64,000 nucleotides of DNA from Cyanobacteria bacterium P01_F01_bin.150 (GTDB taxonomy: Bacteria; Cyanobacteriota; Cyanobacteriia; CAKZMO01). The notes under the pieces are model-generated. The model was not told the origin of the DNA. It saw nothing but the letters and a program-made list of their open reading frames with translations, and did not search any database. This document shows, one piece after another, positions 40,541-53,300 of this stretch (positions are counted from its first letter, which is position 1; every line of letters begins with the position of its first letter). The translations under genes were made by a program, and so were the position numbers. The DNA is taken from the NCBI GenBank assembly GCA_039189765.1, contig JBCCYL010000002.1, forward strand, positions 1 to 64,000. The letters run 5' to 3'.

Positions 40541-41665
40541 ATGGCTGCGGTAAAGAAGTCAGAAAATGTACCAAAAACGATGCAAGAGAAATACGACGCC
40601 ATTGTGGCGATTACCAATGAGTTCTCGAAAAAGCATCTAAACGAGGAATACGCTCAGCTTATTCGATTTGCCACCGCAGCCCTATGTCGAAAACGCCCAT
40701 CTCCCCTCGAAAAAGGCCGAGATAAAACCTGGGCCTGTGGCATCACCCATGCTGTAGGAATGACCAACTTTTTGTTTGATTCCTCCCAAACTCCCCATAT
40801 CAGGGCCAAAGAGCTGTACAAAGCCTTTGGCGTCGGAGAGAGCACGGGCCAGTCTAAATCAAAACAGGTGCGCGATACGTTAAAGATGCGCCAGATGGAT
40901 CACAACTGGTGCTTACCCAGCAGGATGGGAGATAGTCCATCAATCTGGATGATTTCGGTCAACGGCTATATTATGGATGCTCGCTCTGCCCCCAGGGAAA
41001 TCCAAGAAGTCGCCCTAGCACAAGGGCTGATTCCTTATCTCCCAGGCAAAGACGGTAAACCATTGGAGGAAGAATCAAAACTAGAACCAGAAGCATCTAC
41101 TACAGAAAAGTCAGGTGCAAAGTCATCTAAGCAATCTTCCAAGCAGTCATCTAAGCAATCTTCTAAGAAATCCTCCAAGCAATCTTCTAAATCAACCTCT
41201 AAACAGTCTGCCGATACTCTTTACGTTTTAGAAGTTGGCATTATTTCTGGGCCTGTCACTGAAGCGTTTATTAAAAAGAACCCGGAAATCAGCCGCGTTA
41301 TCGAAATTAAGGGCAGCAACACATTAAAAGATTTGCATCGAGCTATCTTCAGCGCCTTCGACCGAGAAGAGGAGCATATGTATGAATTTCAAATCGGTGG
41401 ACGAGGGCCAAATGATCCCAATGCACGACGGTATGGCATCAAGCCCCCATTTGATGATGAGGTGCCCGCAGGGTACGTCTCTAAAACCACAATGGACTCA
41501 TTGCAATTATCAGAAGATGAGGCTTTTGGGTATTGGTTTGATTTTGGCGATGATTGGTGGCATCAGATTAATGTTTTAACGATTCAGGATCAAGTACCCA
41601 AAGGAAAATATCCCAAAGTAACTAAGCGGGTAGGGGACAGTCCTCCCCAATATCCAGACCTTTAG
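40541..41665 (+). CDS. Two-domain protein: DUF6398-like N-terminus + pRiA4b ORF-3-like C-terminus
   Basis: LCRKRPSPL..G...WACG..HA; TLKDLHRAIF..FD...HMYEF and YWFDFGDDWWHQI; SSKQ repeat linker; AAGGAG RBS. Confidence 0.75.
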   Translation: MAAVKKSENVPKTMQEKYDAIVAITNEFSKKHLNEEYAQLIRFATAALCRKRPSPLEKGRDKTWACGITHAVGMTNFLFDSSQTPHIRAKELYKAFGVGESTGQSKSKQVRDTLKMRQMDHNWCLPSRMGDSPSIWMISVNGYIMDARSAPREIQEVALAQGLIPYLPGKDGKPLEEESKLEPEASTTEKSGAKSSKQSSKQSSKQSSKKSSKQSSKSTSKQSADTLYVLEVGIISGPVTEAFIKKNPEISRVIEIKGSNTLKDLHRAIFSAFDREEEHMYEFQIGGRGPNDPNARRYGIKPPFDDEVPAGYVSKTTMDSLQLSEDEAFGYWFDFGDDWWHQINVLTIQDQVPKGKYPKVTKRVGDSPPQYPDL

Positions 41666-41693
41666 GGCGGACGTATACAGAGACTGTCCTCTC

Positions 41694-41737
41694 GTTCCCA
41701 GACTCTGGCTGGGAATGCCCTCCTGAGACTCTGGCTC
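41694..41737. repeat. Truncated family B repeat copy 3
   Basis: GTTCCCAGACTCTGGCTGGGAATG...GAGACTCTGGCTC, followed by GTAG-type REP-like hairpins. Confidence 0.7.
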
Positions 41738-41874
41738 AGTTACGTAGGGTGCGTGACAACGCACCTTCGCGTGCTGATATATACTCTCGTTCCTCTCTTT
41801 CCCAGGACGGAGGGTTGATGATGTCGGAAAGTAGCCTCGCGTAGGGTGCATTGCCTATACGACTTCGCGACTTT

Positions 41875-44268
41875 TCAGACATCTGCGCTATCGTCCAAAT
41901 CGGATTCGTCATTATCTTCTAAACGAGTTTCTTCGTTATCGTTCAAATCGGGTTCTTCATTATCTTCTAAACGAGTTTCTTCATTATCTTCTAAACGAGT
42001 TTCTTCGCTATCGTCTAAATCGGGTTCTTCGCTGTTTTCCAAATTAGGCTCCTGGCTGTTGTCCTGATCTGGTTCTTCGTCGTCTTCTAGGTCTAGGTCA
42101 ATTTTGCCCATTTCAATCAAAAGTTCCTTAACCCGCTCTCGAATCCGAAGATGGCGTTCCACATCTTCAAACGCGTAGCGATTGTAGCCATTGCGCTCAA
42201 TCAGTCGCTCCAAATTTCTGATTCGTTCAGGGGTATCAGGGTGGGTGGATAACCAGTCGAAACGACTGCTATTTCCCGACTCATCCAATAGAGTTTGCAT
42301 CAAATTGCGCAGTCCATCGGCAGCATAGGGTGAAGACGCCAAAAGACGAGTGCCCAATCGGTCCGCTTGCCTCTCCATATCTCGGCTATAGCGAAGTACG
42401 GTGAGATTGGTCACCAATCCGCCATAGGGAACCGCCTGGAGCACATTTGCAGTCAGATTTCCCCGCGTCACCTGCTGAAAGCCGTGGGACAAAATCGCAT
42501 GGGCCAACTCATGGGCAATCAGTCCCGCCAGCTCCGCCCCCGTGTCCGTGCGGGTAATTGCACCCGCATTGATAAAGATTTTGCCACCAGGCAGGGCAAA
42601 AGCATTAAGTTCATCCTCCGCCACGACGTAGAATTCGTACTCAAACTCGGTTCGTCCCCCTAGTTCAGCCAGATCTTGGCCAATGTCGTTGACGTAGTCC
42701 AGCACCACTTCATCTTCAATCATATCCAGCTCATCGCGGGCATTACTGGCGATTCGTTCCCCGACTGCGGACTCGCCCCGAATCATCAAGACGGTTGTTT
42801 CCAACGCAGATAAGGGACCAAACCAGCTGCCTGTAAAGGCAAATCCCGCAGCTCCAGCGATCGCGTTCCCAATCGCAGTACGGGTTAACCGCCGCCGCAT
42901 CTTTCTACGGAATCGATCCTGATATTCATCTGCCTGGACTTGAAAAGCCTCAGCGTCAGGATGGTCCGGCTCCAGCAATGCAAACTGACGGGAGGCGATC
43001 GCCGCCTGTAGCCATTGCTCATCTGCCACCAGTGCGTCCACCCGTGTCGTTGCCAATTCAGGATTATCCGGATATAGAGCAGTAGCTTGTTCCAACACTT
43101 CCAGTGCTTCGTCAATTTCGTCGGCATTCACCAACACCTGAGCATAGGCCATATGCCCAGGAATAAACTCCGGCTGCTGTTCTCGCAGTAACGCCAAAGG
43201 AATGCGAGTTCGGGTATCGAGACCGGCTTCTAGTCCAGCTTGATATTCCCGCCAATAAACTGCTCCGGCGGGGGAAAGCTGCTCTGGGTCAGAAAACCCT
43301 TCCTGTCGCTCAAACGTCCCCTCTTCATGGAATGGGTCTTTGGCCTGGCGGTAGAGTTCTTCTGCCTCTGCAAATTTTCCTTCGAGGAACAGGCGATCGC
43401 CCTCAATCAATAGTCGCTGTCGCTCCAATTCTTCAGCAGTGAGTTCTTCAGCTTCTTCGTCATCCTCTGTAGTCGTCGTATCTTCTGTGGTCGTATCTTC
43501 TGTAGCCGCATCATTAGACTGGCCCTCGAGCCCAGTAGTCTCTGCGCGTTCACCTTCGAGTTCCTCTTCAGAACCTTGATTGGTTTCAAGCTCTGAATCG
43601 TTAGTCTGCTCTCCGCTAATCTGCTCTTCACCACTATTTTGGGGGGCAGTTGTTTCTTCTAATGTTTGGGTTTTAGCATCTATATCATCAGCGCTGCTCG
43701 CTTCATCTTCTTCAGTAAGGAGGTCTATATTTATATCTGCATCTGCATCTGCATCTGTTTCGGCGTTATCCGTACGGTCTGCTGCCGTAGTGTCAGTACC
43801 TGAAGGGGCAAGATCTGTGGATTCATTTTCAGGTGAATTACTACCCACTGCATCAGACTCTGGTAGGTCAGAGTCTGCTAGGTCAGGATCTGCCTGATGA
43901 TTGTCTATTGGTGATGTGGGGTCTGCCGATTCGGTTGTTTCTTGACTGTCTGCATCTGGCGACCTTTCTGGAAATACCCCTCCATCGGGGATTGTTTGAG
44001 GCGTGACATCTTGAGGCGTGACAGGTGTTACCGTAGGCACAACCTGCCCCATAAGCTCTTCTACAGTTGTCTGTAAGGATAGGTCCTCAGCAGGAAAAGA
44101 GGTAATAGGAAAGGTCTCGACAGTATTTTGAGGCGTGACAGGCTCTTTGGCCAACTTCAAAGATTCAGACGGAAGAGCAAGCGTTTCCGCTGCCATAAAC
44201 AGGGCAAGTCCCCCATAAAAAACACCGCTGCCGACTACTGTCATCAAGTGAAGTACGATTCTGTTCAT
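41875..44268 (-). CDS. M48 family metallopeptidase with TPR region and acidic terminal extensions
   Basis: NAFALPGG, AHELAH (HExxH), YSRDMERQAD, STHP; C-terminal 8-aa repeats such as LEDNEETR. Confidence 0.9.
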   Translation of the reverse strand: MNRIVLHLMTVVGSGVFYGGLALFMAAETLALPSESLKLAKEPVTPQNTVETFPITSFPAEDLSLQTTVEELMGQVVPTVTPVTPQDVTPQTIPDGGVFPERSPDADSQETTESADPTSPIDNHQADPDLADSDLPESDAVGSNSPENESTDLAPSGTDTTAADRTDNAETDADADADINIDLLTEEDEASSADDIDAKTQTLEETTAPQNSGEEQISGEQTNDSELETNQGSEEELEGERAETTGLEGQSNDAATEDTTTEDTTTTEDDEEAEELTAEELERQRLLIEGDRLFLEGKFAEAEELYRQAKDPFHEEGTFERQEGFSDPEQLSPAGAVYWREYQAGLEAGLDTRTRIPLALLREQQPEFIPGHMAYAQVLVNADEIDEALEVLEQATALYPDNPELATTRVDALVADEQWLQAAIASRQFALLEPDHPDAEAFQVQADEYQDRFRRKMRRRLTRTAIGNAIAGAAGFAFTGSWFGPLSALETTVLMIRGESAVGERIASNARDELDMIEDEVVLDYVNDIGQDLAELGGRTEFEYEFYVVAEDELNAFALPGGKIFINAGAITRTDTGAELAGLIAHELAHAILSHGFQQVTRGNLTANVLQAVPYGGLVTNLTVLRYSRDMERQADRLGTRLLASSPYAADGLRNLMQTLLDESGNSSRFDWLSTHPDTPERIRNLERLIERNGYNRYAFEDVERHLRIRERVKELLIEMGKIDLDLEDDEEPDQDNSQEPNLENSEEPDLDDSEETRLEDNEETRLEDNEEPDLNDNEETRLEDNDESDLDDSADV

Positions 44269-44408
44269 GTTCCTTTCTCCAATTCTTGAAGATAAACGTT
44301 GGGCAGGTGGCAGGTGAATTATTTATTCTGTCTGTTTGATAATGCTAAACCTTCATGCATTATAGGTGTAAGCAGTTTATCCCCTGCACTGATTCATGAT
44401 GTGCACCC

Positions 44409-47222
44409 ATGACTTCATTTTCTGTTAGCCGTCTCTACTCTCGCCTTTTGCCCTTTTGCCTGTGGGCATTTCTCGGATTATGGCTTGCGCTTGGCGGTTC
44501 CTTTATTGCCGTTTATGCTACTGAATCAGCGGCTATCTCATCCGTCACTGTAGACTCAAATCAATCCCTGCTGCAAACTGGCATTACCGCTTTTCAATCG
44601 CAACGATACCGTGAGGCGATCGCCACCTGGGAAACCGCCCTGGCCCAATCCCCAGAAACTCCCTACAACCTTAACCGGGCACTCTTGCTAAGTAACCTTT
44701 CTCTGGCTCATCAACATTTAGGGGAACTGGCTAAAGCCGATCTTTATGTCACGGAAGCGTTGCGTTTATTTGCCCATACCTTTGAAGAAGAGGGGAGCGA
44801 TCGCCATAGTCTATTGGACTGGGAATACTATGCCAAAGCGCTTAACGCCCAGGGCTGGCTACAGTGGCGACAGGGGAATCTTGACCAAGCGCTTGAAGCA
44901 TGGCAGCAAAGTACTGTCGCCTACGATAACGCCGCTTATCAGCCCGGAGTCATCGGCAGCTTGCTCAACCAGGCCAAGGTGCTGCAAACCCTGGGGTTAA
45001 GCCGAGAGACCGAAGAGACGCTGCTTAAAACCCAGACCCTATTAGATGCACAATCGGACCCACAGCTAAAATCCCTGGGGCTGCGGTCCCTTGGCATCGC
45101 CTATCGCCAACTCGGAAAATTGGAGCAATCGATTACTGCCTTAACGGACGGACTACAGCATTTGGAAGTTCAGCTCCAACCGACAAATCTTACCGCGACC
45201 CAAGCGTCTCTCTTCCTTGAACTGGGCAATACTGAACGCGCCCGCTGGACCCTAACTTCAGCTATTAATCCCACCGTTGCCCCTCAACACCGAGATGATG
45301 CCTTGAACTGCTATCACCAAGCTGCATCCATAGCACCGTCCACCCTAGCTCAGCTCCAGGCGGATGCTAACGAATTAAGTTTGTACATCGATGTACTGCG
45401 CCAAGAGGATAGGGGGATAGAACTCAATATCGGCAGTGAGGCTGTGGGCACTTGTCCTCTGTCTTCAGATATCAAAGGAGCGGCATCCTTAGGTTGGATA
45501 AGTGGGCAATGGCAACATATTCAGGCGAGCCTGGCTCAACTTCCGCCGAGCCGAGCGGCAATCGAGCTTCAGCTTAATGTTGTAAATAGCCTTACAAAAT
45601 TGAGGGGTACCCTTTCTGAGTCAGAATTACTGGAACCCACATGGGCAGAAATGGGGCAGGCGTTGGCGATCGCCGTTGACCAAGCGACCCAACTCGATGA
45701 CGGTCGAACGGCATCATACGCCATGGGGCAGCTTGCCCATATTTACGAACGCAATGGCCAATGGGCAAATGCTCAATCGTTAACAAAAGAAGCGATTCGC
45801 CTAATTGAAGCGAAAGATATTCAAGCAGAGGATATTTTATATCGTTGGGAATGGCAATTGGGTCGGATTTTAGCCAAGCAGGGTAAACGGGAAAGGGCGA
45901 TCGCGGCCTATGACTCCGCCTACAAAACCTTAAAAACTATTCGAGGCAACCTGATTAGCATTAATGCTGATATTCAGTTTTCTTTCCGAGATAACGTTGA
46001 GCCGATTTATCGAGAATTTGCCGACTTATTGCTGCAAGCTGACTCAGGTTATCCTGACATCTATCAAGCCAATCTAAAACGGGCGACAGAGGTTATTGAT
46101 GATCTACAGCTTGCCGAGCTAGAAAACTTTCTGGGCTGTAACCTATCGTCGCGGCTACAGCTGAGTGAGAGAACCGTTGACCCAACTGCAGCCATTATCT
46201 ACCCAATTATCTTGTCTGATCGGATTGAGGTTATTCTCAAGTTACCCAATACGAGCAAGCTGTATCAATATACTCAGTTTGTCCCCGCATCGGAGGTGGA
46301 TGACACCCTAAAACAGCTACTTTTTGAACTGGGGCGGCCCTATCGTTCGCCGGAGGGCAAGGCACTGGGGCAACAGGTCTATGATTGGGTGATAAAACCC
46401 CTAAAACGTGATTTAAAAACTGCCCATATTAAAACGTTAGTGTTTGCGTTAGATGGGTCACTGCGTTCGATTCCCATGGCTGCGCTCTACAACGAAGAAA
46501 CAGTCGGAAATGAAACGACACGGACCTATCTGATTGAAGAATACGCCCTGGCAATAACCCCTGGCCTTAACCTTATTGAACCCCAACCCCTAAAGCAAAT
46601 TAGTCTGGATACCCTTGCATTTGGGCTGTCACAATTAAGAAAAGACTTTCCAATTCACGAGGGATTTTTATCGCTTCCGTATGTTGAAAATGAACTAGAT
46701 GAGATTCAAAACTATGTTTCTATAGAATCATTTCTAAATCAAGCCTTTACCGTTTCAACTCTGGAGGAACAAACCCAGGCGTCATCCTTTCCGATTCTCC
46801 ATTTGGCAACCCACGGCCAGTTTAGCTCAGACCCATCGGAAACCTTTATTCTTACTTGGGATAAACGGGTTGGAGTAAACCAGCTCAGCAATATTCTGCG
46901 GCAGCGCGATCAACGAACGCTAAAGCCAATCGAATTATTGATATTAAGCGCCTGTCAGACTGCCACAGGTGACAATCGGGCAGCCTTGGGTTTAGCAGGG
47001 GTAGCCGTTCAATCAGGGGCACGCAGCACTATTGCAACCCTTTGGACGGTGGATGATATTTCAACGGCAGATGTCATGAGTGCTCTCTATAAAGAGCTAT
47101 CTAAAACCGACGTTAATCTGACAAAGGCAGAAGCGCTGCAAAGAGCGCAAGTACAGCTTTTACAACAAAATGTTCCGCCCCAATATTGGGCACCTTATAT
47201 ATTAATTGGCAACTGGCTCTAA
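44409..47222 (+). CDS. TPR-CHAT domain protein (caspase/HetF-like)
   Basis: LHLATHGQF and LSACQTA His/Cys motifs, ATLWTVDD, YWAPYILIGNWL. Confidence 0.93.
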   Translation: MTSFSVSRLYSRLLPFCLWAFLGLWLALGGSFIAVYATESAAISSVTVDSNQSLLQTGITAFQSQRYREAIATWETALAQSPETPYNLNRALLLSNLSLAHQHLGELAKADLYVTEALRLFAHTFEEEGSDRHSLLDWEYYAKALNAQGWLQWRQGNLDQALEAWQQSTVAYDNAAYQPGVIGSLLNQAKVLQTLGLSRETEETLLKTQTLLDAQSDPQLKSLGLRSLGIAYRQLGKLEQSITALTDGLQHLEVQLQPTNLTATQASLFLELGNTERARWTLTSAINPTVAPQHRDDALNCYHQAASIAPSTLAQLQADANELSLYIDVLRQEDRGIELNIGSEAVGTCPLSSDIKGAASLGWISGQWQHIQASLAQLPPSRAAIELQLNVVNSLTKLRGTLSESELLEPTWAEMGQALAIAVDQATQLDDGRTASYAMGQLAHIYERNGQWANAQSLTKEAIRLIEAKDIQAEDILYRWEWQLGRILAKQGKRERAIAAYDSAYKTLKTIRGNLISINADIQFSFRDNVEPIYREFADLLLQADSGYPDIYQANLKRATEVIDDLQLAELENFLGCNLSSRLQLSERTVDPTAAIIYPIILSDRIEVILKLPNTSKLYQYTQFVPASEVDDTLKQLLFELGRPYRSPEGKALGQQVYDWVIKPLKRDLKTAHIKTLVFALDGSLRSIPMAALYNEETVGNETTRTYLIEEYALAITPGLNLIEPQPLKQISLDTLAFGLSQLRKDFPIHEGFLSLPYVENELDEIQNYVSIESFLNQAFTVSTLEEQTQASSFPILHLATHGQFSSDPSETFILTWDKRVGVNQLSNILRQRDQRTLKPIELLILSACQTATGDNRAALGLAGVAVQSGARSTIATLWTVDDISTADVMSALYKELSKTDVNLTKAEALQRAQVQLLQQNVPPQYWAPYILIGNWL

Positions 47223-47396
47223 CAGGCTCGATTGTATGGCCAATTTTATGGCCAATTTTAGGTGTCCAGAGGATTTTTGTAACATAACCCTAATTTTGGG
47301 AGTAGAGCCTAAATGGGAGTGATATGGTTCCTTTAAAGCCATCACAAGCTTGTGCATGGCTCGGTGCTGAAACCCAAGAAATAAGGCTGTTTTACA

Positions 47397-50300
47397 ATGA
47401 AATGTTCCCGATGTAATCGCTGGATGCAGATTGGCCTAACCCTATTAGCGACAACGTTTACAACTGCAGTTCATGCGGCAACATCAGAACAGCATTCGCT
47501 GGGCACGGATTACAATAGTCCACCTCCTTTAGTTTTGCCTGAATCATCCAATGAGGCAAATAAACCAAGTGAGGATGCGCAGCCAAAGGCTTCAGGGTGG
47601 ATACAAAAAACGGAAACCGCGCCACCGGGGGCCTTACCAACGGTTCGAGTCTTTTTGCCAGGGGAGTATAGTCCTGATAATGGAGTTACGGAGCCTGCGA
47701 TCGCAGAGCCTGCGATTACGGAGCTTGCGATTACGGAACCTGCGATCGCAGAGCCTGCGATTACAGCACCTGTCATTACAGAACCTGCGATTACAGCACC
47801 TGTCATTACAGAGCCTGCTATTGCAAAGCCTACGATTACAGAACTTGCAATTACAGAACCTGCGATTACAGAGCCAGCTCCTTCTCTGCCAGAGCCTTTA
47901 ATTAGCAATGGTGAGGAGTTATCCAATAAAGGAACCGACGCAGTTAACAGATTATCGAGTATTGAGCCAGTTGAATCTCAGGAGCAGGAACCGCTCCCCG
48001 CAGGAGCAGTCCCGACTAGCGTTACGTTTTCTCCTGCTGATTCTGTGGTGGAGCAAAATAGCAAAGTGTCCCAGACGCCTGAAGACCCTCGGCAGGAGAC
48101 GCTTTTATTCCTAGACGAAAAAGAGGAGCCAAATGCCCATAGTCCCGATACCGTAAATATCGCAGAAGATACGAGAGACTTGAATCAGGTGGGCAATACT
48201 CCTCCTAAAAAGAACCCAGCAAATAAGATAGGCCCATCTAAAGAGAGTGAAGTGATTCTAGATGGAGCATCGGATGACCCGTTGATAGCCCAGGTTATTC
48301 CAGATGCAACCTTGGGGAATGAGTCATCCGTGGTGGTTCCCGATCACCCAGCAAATAAGATAGCCCCATCTAAAGAGAGTGAAATGATTCTGGACGGGGC
48401 ATCGGATGACCTGTTAATAGCCCAAGTTATTCCAGATGCAACCTTGGGGAATGAGTCATCCGTGGTGGTCCCCGATCAGACCGTCAGGGGAGATGCCGCA
48501 GATTTAATTGACGGTGGAGCAGTGCGGGGAGCCAATATATTCCACAGTTTTGAAGAGTTTAATGTCAATACAGGGCAGCGGGTATATTTTTCTAGCCCTG
48601 AGGGGATCGATCGCATCCTCAGTCGGGTGACCGGAAACAATGTTTCGGGCATTGACGGAGTATTGGGCGTCGATGGGTTTGCCAATCTGTTTTTGTTAAA
48701 TCCCAATGGTATTCTCTTTGGCCCAAATGCATCGCTGGATGTGGCGGGATCGTTCTTGGCGACAACGGCGAATGGCTTTACGTTTGATGATGGGGTGACC
48801 TTTAGCGCAGTAAATCCAGATGCTCCGCCGATATTGACAATGGATATGCCCCCAGGATTGCAGTACGGCACTGGACAATCTGGGCCGGTGATCAATGGGG
48901 GCAATCTAGCGGTTGGGGCGAATGAGAGCCTGACGCTGACAGGAAGTGCGGTGATCAATACGGGGACGTTGACGGCTGAAGGAGGGGAGGTGGCGATCGC
49001 CTCCTTCACTGAGCCAAGCGCGGTCCAGCTAGGAGAGAAGGGGCAAATTCATGAAATTACATCGCTAGCAGATTTACAGACACCCGAGCAGCCTAATGCG
49101 GTTCCTATTGCACCTTCTGTGGCAGAAATTGTGGCGGGAACGGATATCGCTTTGGGGCTGACGTTGGCCGATACGGGTGAGGTGCGAGTGATGGAGTCTG
49201 GCTCGGTGATTCCTGTCGAGAGCGGCAATACGATTGTTGCTGGAACCATTGATGCCGCGAACCGGAACAGTAATGGTCTGGGCGGTTCTGTGAATCTTAT
49301 TGGCGATCGCGTTGCATTGGTGGATAGCGCCTACATTGATGTATCAGGTGATGGTGGCGGCGGGGTTGCCTTAGTAGGAGGTAATTATCAGGGGCAAGGT
49401 GATTTTCCTCCAGCGTTACGGACCTACGTGGGGTCGAATGCTGAAATTAGGGCAGATGCGGTGACTACTGGAGATGGGGGCCGCGTGATTGTCTGGGCGG
49501 ATCAGGCAACGCATTTTACAGGAGACATTTCAGCCCAAGGGGGAAGCCAAGAGGGGGATGGTGGTTTTGTGGAGGTGTCAGGAGCGGAGTCGTTGGCATT
49601 TGGGGGAGAAGTCAATACCCAAGCGGTGAATGGCCAAATGGGGAGTTTGCTGCTCGACCCTGCGAATATTACGATTTCGGACACGGCCCCAGAGGGCTTT
49701 ACAACGTTGGGTGCAGGGGATCTGAGCTTGGCTGATTTTTTCTACGGAGCGACAGAAGATCAGGGGCAAAACAGCCATTTGACTCCCATAACTGTTGTCG
49801 ATTTGCTGGCATCAAATGATCTGACACTGGAGGCAACAGACACCATTGCGGTCAATAACAATGTCGATGCAAATAGCGATAATAATTTGACCCTAAAGGC
49901 TTCAACCATTGAAGTGAATAATGCTCTGTTAACACAAACAGGGAGAGGAGATATTGTTTTAGAAACTCCACAATCTGTAGGCCATTCAGTAATGTTAGAT
50001 GGTGGAATAGTCAACACAGCGGTAGTGTCAGGAACCATGGGGGATGGAGGAGATGTACGCATTACAACCCATGATTTAACGGTTCAAAATGGTGGAGCTA
50101 TTATTACCAGCACTTTTGGAGCAGGCGATTCAGGGCTATTACAAATTGATGCAACAGGTAATCTTATTGTTGTTGGAAACGGGTCCGTTATTGCGAGTGC
50201 TGCTGGACCAGGCGCTGAGGGCAATGGTGGCGGCGTTACCATTGCTACAGATAACCTTGCTGTAGGCAGTAATGCAGAAATTTTGTCCAATACACTGGGC

Positions 50301-53300
50301 CAAGGAGATTCAGGATTACTACAAATAGATGCGACGGGAGATATTGTAGTTGATGGGGCTGGGGCATCTATTGGCAGTCTAGTTATTGCAGGTGCGGTGG
50401 GAGATAGTGGTGGAATTACTATCACTGCTAATAATCTCTTAGTCAGCAACAGTGCAGGCGTTACGTCCGCTACATTTGGTCAGGGTAGTGCAGGATTGTT
50501 GCAAATTGATGCCACAGGAGACATTGTGGTCGATGGGAATGGGGCATTTATTAGTGGCAATGTTTTGCCAGGCGCTGTAGGGAATAGCGGAGGCATTTTT
50601 ATCACCACCAATGACCTTTCTGTAAGAAATGGTGCACTTGTGGTGGCTAGCACACTTGGAGATGGAAATGCAGGGCGAATAGAGATACAGGCTACAGGAA
50701 ATATTGTGGTCGATGGGGAAGAAACATTTATTGAGAGTGCTGTGGGGCCAACAACAGTAGGAAATAGCGGAGGCATAACTATCAACACCCAGAATCTCTC
50801 GGTGTTAAATAATGCCATTATTTTAACGGATACCTTTGGCCAAGGAGATTCAGGATTACTACAAATCGATGCTACGGGAAATATTGTAATCGATGGGGAA
50901 GGGACATCTATCGAGAGTGCCGTTCTTTCAGGAGCAGTGGGGAATAGCGGAGGCATGACTATCAATACTCAGAATCTCTCGGTGTTGAATAATGCTATTA
51001 TTTCGACAAATACCTTTGGCCAGGGAAATGCAGGATTGCTACAGATCGATGCTATTGGAGACATATCACTAGGTGATGGGGCCATTATTCAGAGTGTGGT
51101 TGGTCCAGGAGCAATAGGGAATAGTAGAGGTATTGCCATTGACACCCAGAATCTCTCAGCACTTAATGGCTCATCGATTTCATCTAACACTTTAGGCCAG
51201 GGAAATTCAGGGGTATTGCAAATCAATGCCAGGGGAGAAGTCCGAGTCGAAGGGAGTGGGACAGCGGTTAGTGCTATTGAGAGTGCTGTTGGCCCTAACG
51301 CCGTAGGAAATAGTAGTGGCATTGCCATTGTGACCAATAATTTATCTGTTCTTAATGATGCAGGCATCTTATCTAGTACCTTCGGCCAGGGAGATGCAGG
51401 ATTATTGCAAATCGATGCCACAGGGGACATTGTTGTCGATGGAAGTGGTGGAGTATCAATTACAGCTATTGAGAGTGCTGTTGGACCTAATGCGGTAGGA
51501 CGTAGTGGTGGCCTTGTTATTAAGGCTAGTAGTTTATTTGTTCTTAATAGTGCAGGTGTCTCATCTAATACATTTAGCCGAGGAAATGCAGGATTATTGC
51601 AAATCGATGCCGCAAGGGACATTGTCGTCGATGGAGAGGCAGGGATTGTTAGCGAAGTTAGACCAGATGCAGTAGGGAATAGTGAAGGCATTACCATAAC
51701 AACCAATAATCTTTTCGTCCGTAATGGCGCAGGCGTATTAGCTAATACCTCTGGTCAGGGAGACGCAGGATTCTTGCAAATTGATGCCAGAGGGGACATT
51801 GTCGTCGATGGGAGCGGTGAGGCATCGTTTACTTCTATTGAGAGTACCGTTGAACCTGATGCTGTAGGAAATAGTGGTGGCATTGTTATTATGACCAATA
51901 ATTTATCTATTAACGGTGCAGGGTTTAATGCAGGCATCTCATCTGGTACCTTCGGCCAGGGAGATGCAGGATTATTGCAAATCGATGCAACGGGGGACAT
52001 TGTCGTCAATGGTGAGGCATTGATTAACAGTCGAGTTCAGCGAGATGCACTAGGGAATAGCGAAGGCATTACCATAACAACCAATAATCTTTTTGTCCGT
52101 AATGGTGCAGGCATTACGGCAAGTACATTAAGCCAGGGAAATTCAGGTCTATTACAGATCCATGCCACTGGGAGCATTGTGGTGGATGGGGACGTGGCCT
52201 TTCTCGCTAGTGGTGTTGGTGTAGAGGCCACAGGTAATAGCTCTGGTCTTAAAATTACCACTAATGACTTATCTGTCCTAAATAGTGCAGTAGTTTCTGC
52301 GAGCACTCGTGGAGAGGGTGACTCAGGCTTATTACAGATCGATGCCACTGGGGATATTCTGGTTGATGGGGAAGAATCAATGATCTCTAGTGCCGTTGAC
52401 CCAAGTGCAGTGGGGAATAGTGAGGGCCTTATCCTTACAACCAATCATCTCGCTGTACTCAATAGCGGCCAAGTGAGTGCTAAAACGGATGGCCAGGGAA
52501 ATGCTGGATCGGTTCAGATTCAATCCAGAGACAACTCGGATTTGCTGATTACGTTAGATGATGAGAGCTTAATCGAAGCAACCACGTCTAATACATTTGA
52601 TGGAGGCAATCTTCAGCTCAATACCCCTGGAGTCCTGACCATCCAAGGCCCAGGCACCTTAACCACTGAAACTAGTGGCGTTGGTAATGCAGGGGATATT
52701 GATATTGAGGCCAATACCTTGGTGCTAGAAGAGGGGGCGACCGCCACTGCTCAAACTGTTGGGGAAGGTGCGGCGGGAGACGTAACTGTCGATGCGGCAA
52801 ATTCGGTTTTGCTCACGGGAGAAGGGACTCGCTTAGCGGCTGAGGCTGTGAACAACTCAGCGGCTGGCAACTTGATCATTACCACAGGCAAATTGGACGT
52901 GACGGACAATGCCAACGTCAGCATCTCCACCCAAGATGGACCTGGTGGTGATATCACTCTTACTCTTAACGACCTTGCCGTAGTGGATAGTCTGATTGAA
53001 GCGGAAACTGAAAATGGCGTCGCAGGTAACCTCACCGTCAATACCCGTGAAAATCCGTCCAACTCCATTGTCTTGAGTGGTGTTCTCCCTAACAATAACC
53101 CTGCTGGACTGTCTGTGGAATCCACTGGAGACCAAGGCCAAGCGGGTATTCTGCGTCTCCACACCCATGATTTAATGGTCCAAGATGGAGCCGATCTATC
53201 TGCCGAGCGGGTACGGGGCAACGTCAACAATGAAGGGGACACCATCCGAATCACCGAGCTTGACAGCCTCACTATCGACAATGCTCGCATTTCAGCGTCC

